The translations under genes were made by a program, and so were the position numbers. Shown here piece by piece: positions 1 to 8,958 of a DNA stretch of 64,000 nucleotides. This DNA comes from Bdellovibrionota bacterium (GTDB lineage: Bacteria; Bdellovibrionota_C; UBA2361; OMII01), in the NCBI GenBank assembly GCA_044356215.1, contig JBIKWQ010000003.1:16466-80465 (forward strand), written 5' to 3'. Numbering within the stretch: the stretch's first letter is position 1; each line of letters starts with the position of its first letter. Below the pieces are notes generated by a model that saw only the letters and a list, made by a program, of their open reading frames with translations, made no database searches and was not told the origin of the DNA.

Positions 1-357
1 CCGACTCCAACCCATGTGGGGAACCTTGCGTGGAATGGTAAAGCGCTTAACTTGTGCCTTAACTATCCCAAGACACGCCGTGGAGTCGCCCTCTTCTGAC
101 TCCTCGCACATTAACTGCATCCCGAGACATATCCCGAGAAAAGGCGCCTTAATATCGCGTAAAATTCGATCTAGGCCCCGCTCTCTTAGATAAGCCATCG
201 CGCTTCTCGCCTCACCTACTCCGGGAAAGATCACCCGGTCGGCGGATACTATCTCCTGCTCACTATCGCTAATCTTATAAGTTATACCTAACCTATCAAG
301 CGCGGTTGCTACTGATGAAATATTTCCCGCGTTGTACTTAACTATCACTACACTCAT
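1..357 (-). CDS. hisH: Imidazole glycerol phosphate synthase glutaminase subunit (partial, runs off window start)
   Basis: Translated by hand: MSVVIVKYNAGNISSVATALDRLG...IFPGVG...PFLGICLGMQL...KVPHMGW. ATG at 357 overlaps the hisB stop (ATGA). Not in the ORF track. Confidence 0.93.
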   Translation of the reverse strand, partial: MSVVIVKYNAGNISSVATALDRLGITYKISDSEQEIVSADRVIFPGVGEARSAMAYLRERGLDRILRDIKAPFLGICLGMQLMCEESEEGDSTACLGIVKAQVKRFTIPRKVPHMGWSR

Positions 358-1457
358 AGGACACCCTTAGTACTCGGGACATCATATCCACTGCCATCAA
401 TCGCGCAGGCGGATCGCAGAGCCCTTCCGACACCTTTAAAAACAGCTTCCGCTTTGTGGTGCTCGTTCTCACCCCTAACTGATATGTGAAGTGCGCACCT
501 TAAAGAACTAGTAAGTGACTCAAAGAAATGGGGTATCAGCTCTGTCGGTAGATCCCCTATCCGTTCGCGCATAAACTCTCCGCTCCAAACGAACTTAGGT
601 CTGTTTGATAGATCAAGCGCGACCTCAGCAATAGATTCATCCATAGGCGCGAGGAATCCAAAACGACTAATCCCCCGTTTATCACCGAGAGCTTCACGGA
701 TCGCTTCACCCAGAACTATCCCCACGTCTTCAACTAGGTGATGCTCATCAACGTGTAGATCTCCCTTGGCATCGATTACAAGATCGAAACCAGCATGAGC
801 CGCCAAGAGATCAAGCATGTGATCAAGAAACCCCAGACCGGTACTAATCCTCCGATTAGCCGAGCCAGCGAGGGCCAATTCGAGTGAAATCGAGGTTTCA
901 TTAGTAACTCGGCTGACTACCGCTCGGCGCCACTGGCCTAAAACAAACTTTGCTACTTCACTCCATGATGTTGTGGCCAACACCTCTCCGATTCCTCGCT
1001 TTTCCGCGAACAGGATTCCGGAAGCTCCAAGATTCTTCGCCAAAGCGATGTCAGTATCTCGGTCTCCCACCACAAAAGAGCGAGCTAGGTCGTATTCTCC
1101 AGCCATATATTTGCCGAGCAACGCTGTCCCTGGCTTGCGTGTTGGTAGGTTATCCTCCGGGAAAGATCGATCGATCAATATATCAGCAAAAACAACTCCC
1201 TCTCCAGAAAGTATCGAGAGCATCTTATTGTGCGCCGGCTCAAATGACTCATAAGGAAAAGAAGGCGTTCCCAATCCGTCCTGATTTGTAACCATTACAA
1301 GTTTGTACCCTGTTAGACGTGCGATTAGACTCAACGCGCCAATCGCTCCAGGTATGAAATTAAGCTTATCTAGTGAATCAACCTGCTTATTATCAGCAGG
1401 CTCCACTATCACCGTGCCGTCTCGATCTAAAAATATCGCTCTCTTTTTCACGCCCAC
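354..1457 (-). CDS. hisB: Bifunctional histidinol-phosphatase / imidazoleglycerol-phosphate dehydratase
   Basis: N-terminal HAD motif FLDRDGT plus TNQDGLG; C-terminal IGPD motifs DEHHLVED and NEHHKAEA. Confidence 0.96.
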   Translation of the reverse strand: MGVKKRAIFLDRDGTVIVEPADNKQVDSLDKLNFIPGAIGALSLIARLTGYKLVMVTNQDGLGTPSFPYESFEPAHNKMLSILSGEGVVFADILIDRSFPEDNLPTRKPGTALLGKYMAGEYDLARSFVVGDRDTDIALAKNLGASGILFAEKRGIGEVLATTSWSEVAKFVLGQWRRAVVSRVTNETSISLELALAGSANRRISTGLGFLDHMLDLLAAHAGFDLVIDAKGDLHVDEHHLVEDVGIVLGEAIREALGDKRGISRFGFLAPMDESIAEVALDLSNRPKFVWSGEFMRERIGDLPTELIPHFFESLTSSLRCALHISVRGENEHHKAEAVFKGVGRALRSACAIDGSGYDVPSTKGVL

Positions 1458-2482
1458 CTCCTTATTACCTCAATCAGCTCGTCGTTTTCTCTCGGTGTTC
1501 CCACTGTAATTCTTAAACATCCATCACAGAGCGGTTCCTTGGAGCGATCACGAACAATTATCCCGGAGCTCTGAAGACCCTTAAACAACTCACAAGGCCT
1601 CTCGCACCTAACTAATAGAAAATTAGCTTCCGATGGAAACACCTCTAATATCCCCGCGATCTTATCCGTTAGCTCACTTCTTAGTCGCTCTCGTTCCTCA
1701 ATAATTGATCTCACCTGGCTCTTAAACGATTCGATATCCAATAAACGCTTGATAGCGGCACTCTGAGAGAGTTGGTTAACGTTGTAAGGTAGCTTGATCC
1801 GGTTTAAAACTCCTATTAATTCACGACTCGCCAGAGCCATTCCGACCCGTGCGCCTGCTAAACACCACGCCTTAGACATAGTTTGCAGCACCACCAGACG
1901 ATCACGGCTCTCTAGCAACCCGACGGCACTCGGCCCGGATGCAAAATCTATATACGCCTCATCAACTACTACTAGTCCAGGAAAGAGATCTAACACACGT
2001 TGAATATCCGCTAGTGGTAGCTGATTTCCTGTCGGATTGTTTGGAGAGCAGAGAAAGAGTGCTTTAGCTCCATTATCAGCAGCTATCTTAATCAACTCAA
2101 AATCAAGCGAGAAATCCTTTTTTAACGGAGCAGAGAAGACCCCTACTCCATTTGTCCGTGCGGCGACTCCATACATCCCATAAGTAGGTGGCGTAATCGC
2201 TATCGCTTCTCCAGGACTAGCAACCGCTCTAATTATTAGATCGATCGCCTCATCGCTACCGTTGCCGACAAACACCTGACTCTTTTCTACACCTCGGATC
2301 TTGGCGATAATCGAGCGCAACTCATCGCTTCGCGGGTCTGGATACCGATTTAATCCGTCACCATATGGGTTCTCATTAGCGTCTAAAAAGACCCGAGCCT
2401 CACCCGAATACTCGTCACGAGCAGTTGAATACGGGGTTAGATTGAATATGTGCGGTCGTAATAGAGTTTTAAGCATATTCAC
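1448..2482 (-). CDS. hisC: Histidinol-phosphate aminotransferase
   Basis: LDANENPY, GNGSDEAID, SPNNPTGN, DEAYIDF, TMSKAW (PLP lysine). Start may be ATG 2476. Confidence 0.95.
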   Translation of the reverse strand: MNMLKTLLRPHIFNLTPYSTARDEYSGEARVFLDANENPYGDGLNRYPDPRSDELRSIIAKIRGVEKSQVFVGNGSDEAIDLIIRAVASPGEAIAITPPTYGMYGVAARTNGVGVFSAPLKKDFSLDFELIKIAADNGAKALFLCSPNNPTGNQLPLADIQRVLDLFPGLVVVDEAYIDFASGPSAVGLLESRDRLVVLQTMSKAWCLAGARVGMALASRELIGVLNRIKLPYNVNQLSQSAAIKRLLDIESFKSQVRSIIEERERLRSELTDKIAGILEVFPSEANFLLVRCERPCELFKGLQSSGIIVRDRSKEPLCDGCLRITVGTPRENDELIEVIRRWA

Positions 2483-2540
2483 CCTCCTGACGATAAATTA
2501 CCGCACGTGCATGGGCTTCTAGCCCCTCCGCGCGCGCCAT
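2469..2540 (-). pseudogene. hisD: C-terminal remnant (23 aa) of histidinol dehydrogenase
   Basis: MARAEGLEAHARAVIYRQEGEYA* lies between hisG and hisC, where hisD normally sits, and matches the HisD C-terminal motif (L/M)A.AEGL.AH..AV..R. Confidence 0.85.
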
Positions 2541-2541
2541 C

Positions 2542-3399
2542 TCACGCGATGACCTTCTCTATCGGTAAAACTAGAATTCCCTGCGCACCCGCGATCTTAA
2601 GTTTCTCTATAAGTCCCCAGAAATCATCCTCGCCCACAACGGTATGGAGAGAACTCCAGCCAGGTGTAACGAGCGGTAATACACTGGGGCTCTTTAATCC
2701 TGGCAGAAGATTTACTATCTCTGGTATCGCTTCGTTTGGCGTGTTTAGTGTTATGTATTTAGTCTTGCGTGCCCGCGATACGGCGTCGATCCGAAACGCT
2801 AGTTGCTCTAAGATGGACACCTTTTCAGGGCTAAGCTCCGGAGAACTTATCAAGACTGCTTGCGAGCTAAAGATCGTCTCGACCTCAACCAGGCCGTTAC
2901 TGAGTAGAGTACTCCCAGAGCTAACTAGGTCACAGATCGCTTCTCCCAATCCGATACTTGGGGCGACCTCTACCGACCCGGAGATCTCCTGAATAGTAGC
3001 TGTAATACCTCGAGCCTTTAGAAAATCTCCCAAGATATTAGGATAAGACGTCGCTATGCATAGACCATTTAGTGACTCAATAGACCGGTATGAAGAGCCT
3101 TTTGGCACCGCGATCGACAATCTACACCGACCGAACCCAAGCTCCCTCACTATTTTAGCCAAACTCCTACCTTCAACGAGGACGTTTCGTCCAACTATCG
3201 CCGCGTCGATCACACCATCGTCGCAGTATCCGGGAACATCATCATCTCGCAGAAAGAGAACCTCTAATGGAAAATTAAAGGCTGGCGCCCTTAAGCTTGC
3301 CCCCATCTGCTCTAACTCAATACCGCACTCCGAGATTAGGGCGCGTGACGCGTCTGTTAGACGTCCCGATTTCTGAATAGCTATTCTAAGTAGGCTCAC
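2542..3399 (-). CDS. hisG: ATP phosphoribosyltransferase (long form)
   Basis: LRIAIQKSGRL, LRDDD, IATSYP, GSVEVAP, ICDLVSSGSTL and the C-terminal regulatory domain. GTG 3399 preferred as start over 3429. Confidence 0.95.
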   Translation of the reverse strand: MSLLRIAIQKSGRLTDASRALISECGIELEQMGASLRAPAFNFPLEVLFLRDDDVPGYCDDGVIDAAIVGRNVLVEGRSLAKIVRELGFGRCRLSIAVPKGSSYRSIESLNGLCIATSYPNILGDFLKARGITATIQEISGSVEVAPSIGLGEAICDLVSSGSTLLSNGLVEVETIFSSQAVLISSPELSPEKVSILEQLAFRIDAVSRARKTKYITLNTPNEAIPEIVNLLPGLKSPSVLPLVTPGWSSLHTVVGEDDFWGLIEKLKIAGAQGILVLPIEKVIA

Positions 3400-3516
3400 A
3401 ATAACACCATGAATAAATATTAACCGCACCGCATTCCAGAGTCATATTAGACTTAGCGCGGATAGGCCCGAAAAAAAAAGAACTAGATATGCTGAAAGGA
3501 AATGATATAAAGCGCG

Positions 3517-3576
3517 CTAGGCGCTATGGTGACGCGAATGAGAATGAGCTGTGAAATTTGAGAAGACGAAACTCAT
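3517..3576 (-). CDS. hisL: his operon leader peptide MSFVFSNFTAHSHSRHHSA
   Basis: 19-codon ORF with 4 His codons among its last 9 codons, directly upstream of hisG on the same strand. Confidence 0.85.
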   Translation of the reverse strand: MSFVFSNFTAHSHSRHHSA

Positions 3577-3684
3577 GGATGAGATACTACGCTTTCTCGC
3601 GAGATAATCAAGTGAAAACTCTGGAACGTGACTAGATACGATTAACTAGTTGGCCGAAGCTCATCGCCGGTATAATTTATAGCA

Positions 3685-4143
3685 ATGACAGGCAATATGC
3701 ATATATCACTCAGAGAAGCCCAAGAATGCGACATGGACGCAGTATACTCTCTGTATCCTCACCTCCTAAGTGAGAACGATCCCTCACCTGGCAGAGAGAA
3801 ACTTCTTGAGTCGTGGAATAGATTAATTTCAAACCCAGCGATGACCTGCTTCATCGCAGAGGTTGACAAGAAGATTGTTGGCACATGCTGTCTGATCATT
3901 GTGCCTAATTTGACCCGCGGTGCTCGCCCCTACGCCCTAATAGAGACCGTAGTCGTGCACACTGAATTTCAAGGACGCGGGATTGGGCGCAAGATGATTG
4001 AGCACGCGATAGAAAAAGCTCGGAATGCCAGATGTTACAAGATTATGCTCCTTTCTGGTGTTGAGAATAAGAATCATGGCTTCTACGAGCGGCTAGGGTT
4101 TGATCGCAATATAAAAGTCGGCTTCGAGCTGCGGATGAGGTAG
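3685..4143 (+). CDS. GNAT family N-acetyltransferase
   Basis: IETVVVHTEFQGRGIGRKM acetyl-CoA motif; HGFYERLGF; IVPNLTRGARPY subfamily signature. Confidence 0.9.
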   Translation: MTGNMHISLREAQECDMDAVYSLYPHLLSENDPSPGREKLLESWNRLISNPAMTCFIAEVDKKIVGTCCLIIVPNLTRGARPYALIETVVVHTEFQGRGIGRKMIEHAIEKARNARCYKIMLLSGVENKNHGFYERLGFDRNIKVGFELRMR

Positions 4144-4188
4144 CTGAGGCAAGGCGGCGCGGGAGCGCCGCGGTCCAAGGGAACCCTG

Positions 4189-5031
4189 CTAGGCTCTACG
4201 GCCTTCCAAATGAAAAACCCGTCGATAGCGCTCCTGCAGCTTTTTAGCCTTACTCTCCGAGTGCTCAACCCTCACGCTACACGACCAACGACGACTGAGA
4301 AGAAGCTTGCGCAGCGACGCCCCTCCTTCGATCACTGTTCGGCTATCGTTTAATATACTCCTTAGTCTTAGCGCGAGCTCACGCGGAATCTCCACTCTTA
4401 AAACGTATGGGCCGATCGTCGTGATATAAATATTCTCCTCTCCCTTAAATCCTCGCTCGGCAAATGTATAGTGAATTAAGTCCGACACACGCGTCTTTAC
4501 CCATGACTTCTCTATTGCTGAGGAACCGCCAAGAATTACATAGAGATTTCTTGATGACGCGTGAGTCGCCGCTTTAAACTGTTTTTCGACCTCCTCTTGA
4601 ATAAGGGTAAACCATGCGGCAGGGCACCACTCATAGGTTACGCCATCAGAAACCTGTCTTCTAAGTGCTAGGGTCAATTGGACATACATCGCGTCCATAC
4701 GGCAGAGATCATGAAACTTCCAGCGCCTCTTCTCTCCAACGGGTGGAAGCTCAAGAACCTCGGCTAGGTTTCGCACGTAATTTTTCTGAATATTGTAGGC
4801 TAGATCAGCCAGATCCTCGATCCATAAAAAACTAAGAGAGAAATTCTCGCCAACTTTTACAACACTCCCCAAAGCTTGGAGTTTACGAAGCTCATGGTAA
4901 ACCCCTTGAATGGAGCACTCTCTTCCCTTGGCGAGTATGCGCGCGTGAAGGGTCTTAGCGCTTTGACGGGGCCGGTCCGCGAGAAATCGAATTAGTAGCT
5001 CATCTAGATTATTTGTTCCGTGAGGGATCAT
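4189..5031 (-). CDS. Putative winged-helix DNA-binding protein with uncharacterised C-terminal domain
   Basis: N-terminal SAKTLHARI...SIQGVYHELRKLQALGSVVK pattern resembles a wHTH; a palindrome lies upstream. Confidence 0.6.
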   Translation of the reverse strand: MIPHGTNNLDELLIRFLADRPRQSAKTLHARILAKGRECSIQGVYHELRKLQALGSVVKVGENFSLSFLWIEDLADLAYNIQKNYVRNLAEVLELPPVGEKRRWKFHDLCRMDAMYVQLTLALRRQVSDGVTYEWCPAAWFTLIQEEVEKQFKAATHASSRNLYVILGGSSAIEKSWVKTRVSDLIHYTFAERGFKGEENIYITTIGPYVLRVEIPRELALRLRSILNDSRTVIEGGASLRKLLLSRRWSCSVRVEHSESKAKKLQERYRRVFHLEGRRA

Positions 5032-5051
5032 TTTAACGCATTTACTTGTTG

Positions 5052-5068
5052 TTAAAGTATTACTTTAA
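5052..5068. promoter_or_regulatory. Perfect 8-1-8 palindrome, candidate operator
   Basis: TTAAAGTA-T-TACTTTAA in the divergent intergenic region, 20 bp upstream of the wHTH gene start. Confidence 0.55.
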
Positions 5069-5144
5069 TACCTCACCCAAATCGAAACAAGTGTGGTTCA
5101 GTGAGACATAATATTCTAGGTTTGTTGCTAGAGGAGAACATTCC

Positions 5145-5543
5145 ATGATTACCGACCTTAACCAACTTATGTCTGAGATGAATCCCGTCTTGACGGAATC
5201 AAACTACGCATTCTGCAGCTTGACTAAGTCTCAGCGAGAGGAACTTAAAGAAGACCCTCTATTAGAATTCAAGGAAAAAGAGGGAATTACCGTCGTAATC
5301 ACTCAAGCTGGCGCCGCCAAGTATGGATTCTCCTGGGAGTTCCCATCTCGCATGATAACGTTGCAAGTGTACTCGAGCCTTAACGCGGTGGGCTTTATGG
5401 CGGCTATCACCTCTCGTCTTGCCAGCCGCGGTATTAGCGTACAAGCCGTATCAGCTTTTCACCATGACTATTTATTTGTCCCGGAGAATAGAGCTGAGGA
5501 GGCGTTGGAGGTGCTGCTGCAGTACAACACGGCTGCCTATTAA
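5145..5543 (+). CDS. ACT domain-containing protein (DUF2241/ACT_7-like)
   Basis: F.EKEGITVV, ITLQVYSSLNAVGFMAAI, VSAFHHDYLFVP. Confidence 0.85.
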   Translation: MITDLNQLMSEMNPVLTESNYAFCSLTKSQREELKEDPLLEFKEKEGITVVITQAGAAKYGFSWEFPSRMITLQVYSSLNAVGFMAAITSRLASRGISVQAVSAFHHDYLFVPENRAEEALEVLLQYNTAAY

Positions 5544-5605
5544 ATCTTGCCAGCTTTGCTAATAACCGCTTAGGATTATCCAAGTTATTACGGAACATTT
5601 GAGAT

Positions 5606-6316
5606 ATGCAGAAAAAATATGCAGTAATAATCGGCGCTAGTCGTGGAATAGGTCAAGCAATTGCTATTACACTCTCTAGTAAGGGCTTCAGCACTATCCT
5701 AGTTGGACGATCTAAAGACGGACTTGAGGAGACGGCTGCCATCTGCGCGAAGCACGCGGAATCCAAAATTATCGTTGGTGACATTACTTCCAACATCTCA
5801 GAGATAGTTACCAATGTAAATTCGATTACATCATCTATCTCCGTCTTATGGCTAGGAGCGGCTGGATTCAGTGAAGAGCCGGTCTCTCAAATCGATGCGG
5901 TCTCTATACGCGAGCTAATCCGGTCCGGATTCGAGTCTCTAGTCGAGATGGTTCATTATCTCTACCCACTTCTAGCGGAGGGACGCGGTCATGTAATCGG
6001 CGCGTGCTCCGACTGGTCAGATTTTCTCTCCGGTGGACCGAGTGTCTTCGGATCAACTAAGGTCGCTCTCGCTGGATTCCTCGATAAACTAAGAGTAGAA
6101 GCAAGACCTGATGGTGTCCAGGTCACCGCCTTAAAAATGGGTAATGTCTCAAACTCTCAGGGATTTAGACTTGGAGATACAGATCGCCAGATTCAAGAGA
6201 CCGGAACCAGCTTAGTCGCGCTTGAGGATGTTTGCGCCGCGATTGAATTCATTATCTCACGAAAAACCGGCACCATCTCAGAGATGACCCTGATCCCCGC
6301 TGATCTTGGTCGGTAA
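5606..6316 (+). CDS. Short-chain dehydrogenase/reductase-like protein (atypical)
   Basis: IGASRGIG Rossmann motif; FGSTK in place of the catalytic YxxxK. Confidence 0.8.
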   Translation: MQKKYAVIIGASRGIGQAIAITLSSKGFSTILVGRSKDGLEETAAICAKHAESKIIVGDITSNISEIVTNVNSITSSISVLWLGAAGFSEEPVSQIDAVSIRELIRSGFESLVEMVHYLYPLLAEGRGHVIGACSDWSDFLSGGPSVFGSTKVALAGFLDKLRVEARPDGVQVTALKMGNVSNSQGFRLGDTDRQIQETGTSLVALEDVCAAIEFIISRKTGTISEMTLIPADLGR

Positions 6317-8359
6317 TTAGAACCTCACCCGAACCCCCGCCATCGCTGATGCCCCTGGCAGCGGCGCTACGTCTTTAATAAAAGATACATGATTTCTCGC
6401 CTTCTCAGAGAGTAGGTTCGTACCTCTAACAAATAACTCAACTCCTCCACCTACGTCCTTGCTTAAGTACAGATTCAACATCGTGTAACCATCTGTTGAT
6501 GTCTCGAAATCCGCGGTGCGATTCTGCGCGAAGACGTGCTGCGCCTCTATGCGGGCACGTAGGAGATCTTTGTTGTAATAGGTACTACCTACGGTAAGCC
6601 TAAACGGAGTAATCCTTGGTAGAGCCTCATCATTGTCACGGTCTTGCGCCCACACATAATCAGGCTGAAGATCAAATGACAGCTCCTCACCCGGCCGATC
6701 AACTAAAAAGTAAGCGACCTGCGATTCAAATCCATAAAAATCGGCATTTACAGCCTGAAACGCATATACCGGCAGATCGTCTTCCTCTTTTCCTGTAGGA
6801 TTAAGACTAATGTAATCCCAGAACCGATTGTAGAAGCCCCCGATAAATCCACGAACCCTACCCTCTTTCTTCCTCAGTGTCAGGTCTGTCCCTAAAGAGC
6901 GCTCTATACCAAGCTCAGCATCGCCTACCTCAAACGCCCCTGTAGCCACATGCGGACCGTTCGCAAATAGCTCTTGGCCCGTTGGCGCGCGCTCGGTGTG
7001 CGCTACAGAGAGAGCCAAAGCATAATCCGGCATAAAATCCCACACCGCCCCGGCGCTCTGACTAAACGTGTTCAGATCTACGTCAAGGTTATCCTCATCT
7101 GCTGATTCGAATCCAGTCGACGACAAACGATTCCAGTCGTAGCGACCGCCTAGTTGCAGCGTTAGCTTTTCGCTAACTAATAGCTCCTCTAAACCAAATA
7201 AAGAGTATGTTGTAGTATCAGTAGGCGGCTGGAAAGCTTCTTCACCGACTGCCTCAAAGCTACTATCCTGTAGTTGCAAACCCCAGGCACCTTTTACCGA
7301 AGACACCTCTCGGTGCGTTAAATCAAGTCTGGTATCAATTCCATTTTGGCGAAACTTTGTCCCTGTATCAGCCCCCTCGTACTCGGTGTGATCATAATCG
7401 ACGATACCAGCGCGCACAGTCGCTGATTCAATAAACGCGCCGGTGTCGCGAACTCCTCCTCGTACATCAACGCGCCTCCTTCTTGCATCAACGCTGATAT
7501 CCGGTTCTCCATTTGGAACTCCATAAAGAGAGTTATACTCACTAACAGCGGCCCCCAAGAAGCCTTTATCAAAGATATAGCTACTACCTAGAGTGATGTT
7601 ATCGCTGTCAGTCGCGCTAAAAGGAACTTTACCTTTAGGTTCTGGATACTCGATCTCGTTATCATTTCGTTGCTGGGCGGTGCGGGCGAAGCCTGGAATA
7701 TCATAATCGTCTGAGCGACGTTTAAATCCATCGAATTGAAATACAAACGGGCCCGCTGGCGCGTCCAAACTTAAAACTCCCGCTCTTGTGCGATCTACAG
7801 ACTCTCCACGGATCTCCGCAGTTCCTGAGACTGGCTTATCGATCATCTTCTCAGCTATGCGGTTATCAAATACGTTAACAACTCCTCCAACAGCACTAGT
7901 GCCGTATAGAAGCGACGCGGGACCACGAACGACCTCGATACGATCAACTAAAGTAGACTCCACTGTTACCGCGTGATCAGGGCTGACATTTGAGATATCA
8001 AGAGTACCAACTCCGTTCTCAAGGATTCTTATGCGATCTCCCCCAATACCACGTATTACTGGACGCCCGGCTCCTGGACCGAAGCTTGATGAGGTAATTC
8101 CTGGCTCCTGCGCGAGCGTATCTCCTAAGTTGTTACGCGCCTTTTCATCTAGATCAATTCCAGTAAGTACCGAGACCGATTGAGCTGAGTTAAAAAGGGT
8201 ATCTTGTAGCGCTGATGATTCAACCACCACTTTGTCTAAATGATACTCAGGATCTGAGTGCCCATGTATATCTTGATTATCAGCGTCGGCTGAGGAAACC
8301 GTAAGACATGCTATCGCTAAAAAATATGAAATATTCCGCAAATAAAAGTTATTCGTCAT
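6317..8359 (-). CDS. TonB-dependent receptor, ZnuD-like
   Basis: Signal peptide, His-containing N-terminus, plug motifs RPVIRG and RIEVVRGPASLLYG, ELFANGPHVAT, RNHVSFIKD, C-terminal Phe. Confidence 0.9.
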   Translation of the reverse strand: MTNNFYLRNISYFLAIACLTVSSADADNQDIHGHSDPEYHLDKVVVESSALQDTLFNSAQSVSVLTGIDLDEKARNNLGDTLAQEPGITSSSFGPGAGRPVIRGIGGDRIRILENGVGTLDISNVSPDHAVTVESTLVDRIEVVRGPASLLYGTSAVGGVVNVFDNRIAEKMIDKPVSGTAEIRGESVDRTRAGVLSLDAPAGPFVFQFDGFKRRSDDYDIPGFARTAQQRNDNEIEYPEPKGKVPFSATDSDNITLGSSYIFDKGFLGAAVSEYNSLYGVPNGEPDISVDARRRRVDVRGGVRDTGAFIESATVRAGIVDYDHTEYEGADTGTKFRQNGIDTRLDLTHREVSSVKGAWGLQLQDSSFEAVGEEAFQPPTDTTTYSLFGLEELLVSEKLTLQLGGRYDWNRLSSTGFESADEDNLDVDLNTFSQSAGAVWDFMPDYALALSVAHTERAPTGQELFANGPHVATGAFEVGDAELGIERSLGTDLTLRKKEGRVRGFIGGFYNRFWDYISLNPTGKEEDDLPVYAFQAVNADFYGFESQVAYFLVDRPGEELSFDLQPDYVWAQDRDNDEALPRITPFRLTVGSTYYNKDLLRARIEAQHVFAQNRTADFETSTDGYTMLNLYLSKDVGGGVELFVRGTNLLSEKARNHVSFIKDVAPLPGASAMAGVRVRF

Positions 8360-8387
8360 AAATTCTCCCCATTAAGATCTGTTCTGT

Positions 8388-8771
8388 TTAGCGACACTGC
8401 TTACAACTGCCGTAAAGCACCACTTCATGCCTGGTAATGGCGAACCCCGTCGGAACCCGAGCGTCTACACGCAATCCGCACCCAGGAACATCAAAAACTT
8501 TTCCGCAATCATCGCAGTGAAAATGGTGGTGGTGATGATCAGCTTTAATTTTCGTCTCGTACCTATCTGACTCACCTGGAAGTGATACAGCGACTATCTT
8601 TTGATCATCTTGCAGCGCACGGAGCGTTCGATAGACCGTGGCTACGCTAACTTTAGGTAGATCTTTAAGAGCCGCCTGATGCACCTCAGCGGGGCTCAAG
8701 GGGCGTCCTGACTGCTCAATAATCGACCAAACCAATCTTTTCTGCTTAGTGCTGCGAGTTTTAAGGTCCAT
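8388..8771 (-). CDS. Fur-family transcriptional repressor (Zur-like)
   Basis: VSVATVYRTL, HHHHHFHCDDC, C-terminal CKQC; immediately upstream of the receptor gene. ATG 8771 preferred as start. Confidence 0.9.
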   Translation of the reverse strand: MDLKTRSTKQKRLVWSIIEQSGRPLSPAEVHQAALKDLPKVSVATVYRTLRALQDDQKIVAVSLPGESDRYETKIKADHHHHHFHCDDCGKVFDVPGCGLRVDARVPTGFAITRHEVVLYGSCKQCR

Positions 8772-8775
8772 AAAT

Positions 8776-8806
8776 GTTACCAATAGCGAGTTTTGCTATT
8801 GATAAC
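8776..8806. promoter_or_regulatory. 14-3-14 imperfect palindrome, candidate Fur/Zur-family operator
   Basis: GTTACCAATAGCGA-GTT-TTGCTATTGATAAC ends 4 nt before the regulator ATG; a TTGACC -35-like hexamer lies just upstream on the minus strand. Confidence 0.55.
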
Positions 8807-8870
8807 GCATTAGCAGTAGGGGGTCAAGGGGGCTCGCTGAGGAAGCTTTACCCTGAATTACACACTTGCC

Positions 8871-8954
8871 CAACCGTTACTTTTAACGTAATCATCATAA
8901 AAACAACCGTTACTTTAAACGGTTTTCCTTACATATCACCCGTCACTTATAGCA
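8871..8954 (+). repeat. Three 18-bp direct repeats at exact 33-bp period
   Basis: CAACCGTTACTTTTAACG (8871), CAACCGTTACTTTAAACG (8904), CACCCGTCACTTATAGCA (8937), ending 4 nt before the ATPase ATG. Confidence 0.75.
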
Positions 8955-8958
8955 TAAA

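Noticed and set aside
950..3376. Antisense ORFs over the his genes, and likewise over trp, nrdA, metH and the kinase genes
   Set aside because: Shadow frames of well-supported genes on the opposite strand.
8871..8954. Possible mini-CRISPR array
   Set aside because: Repeats of 18 bp and spacers of 15 bp are too short, and no cas genes are present.
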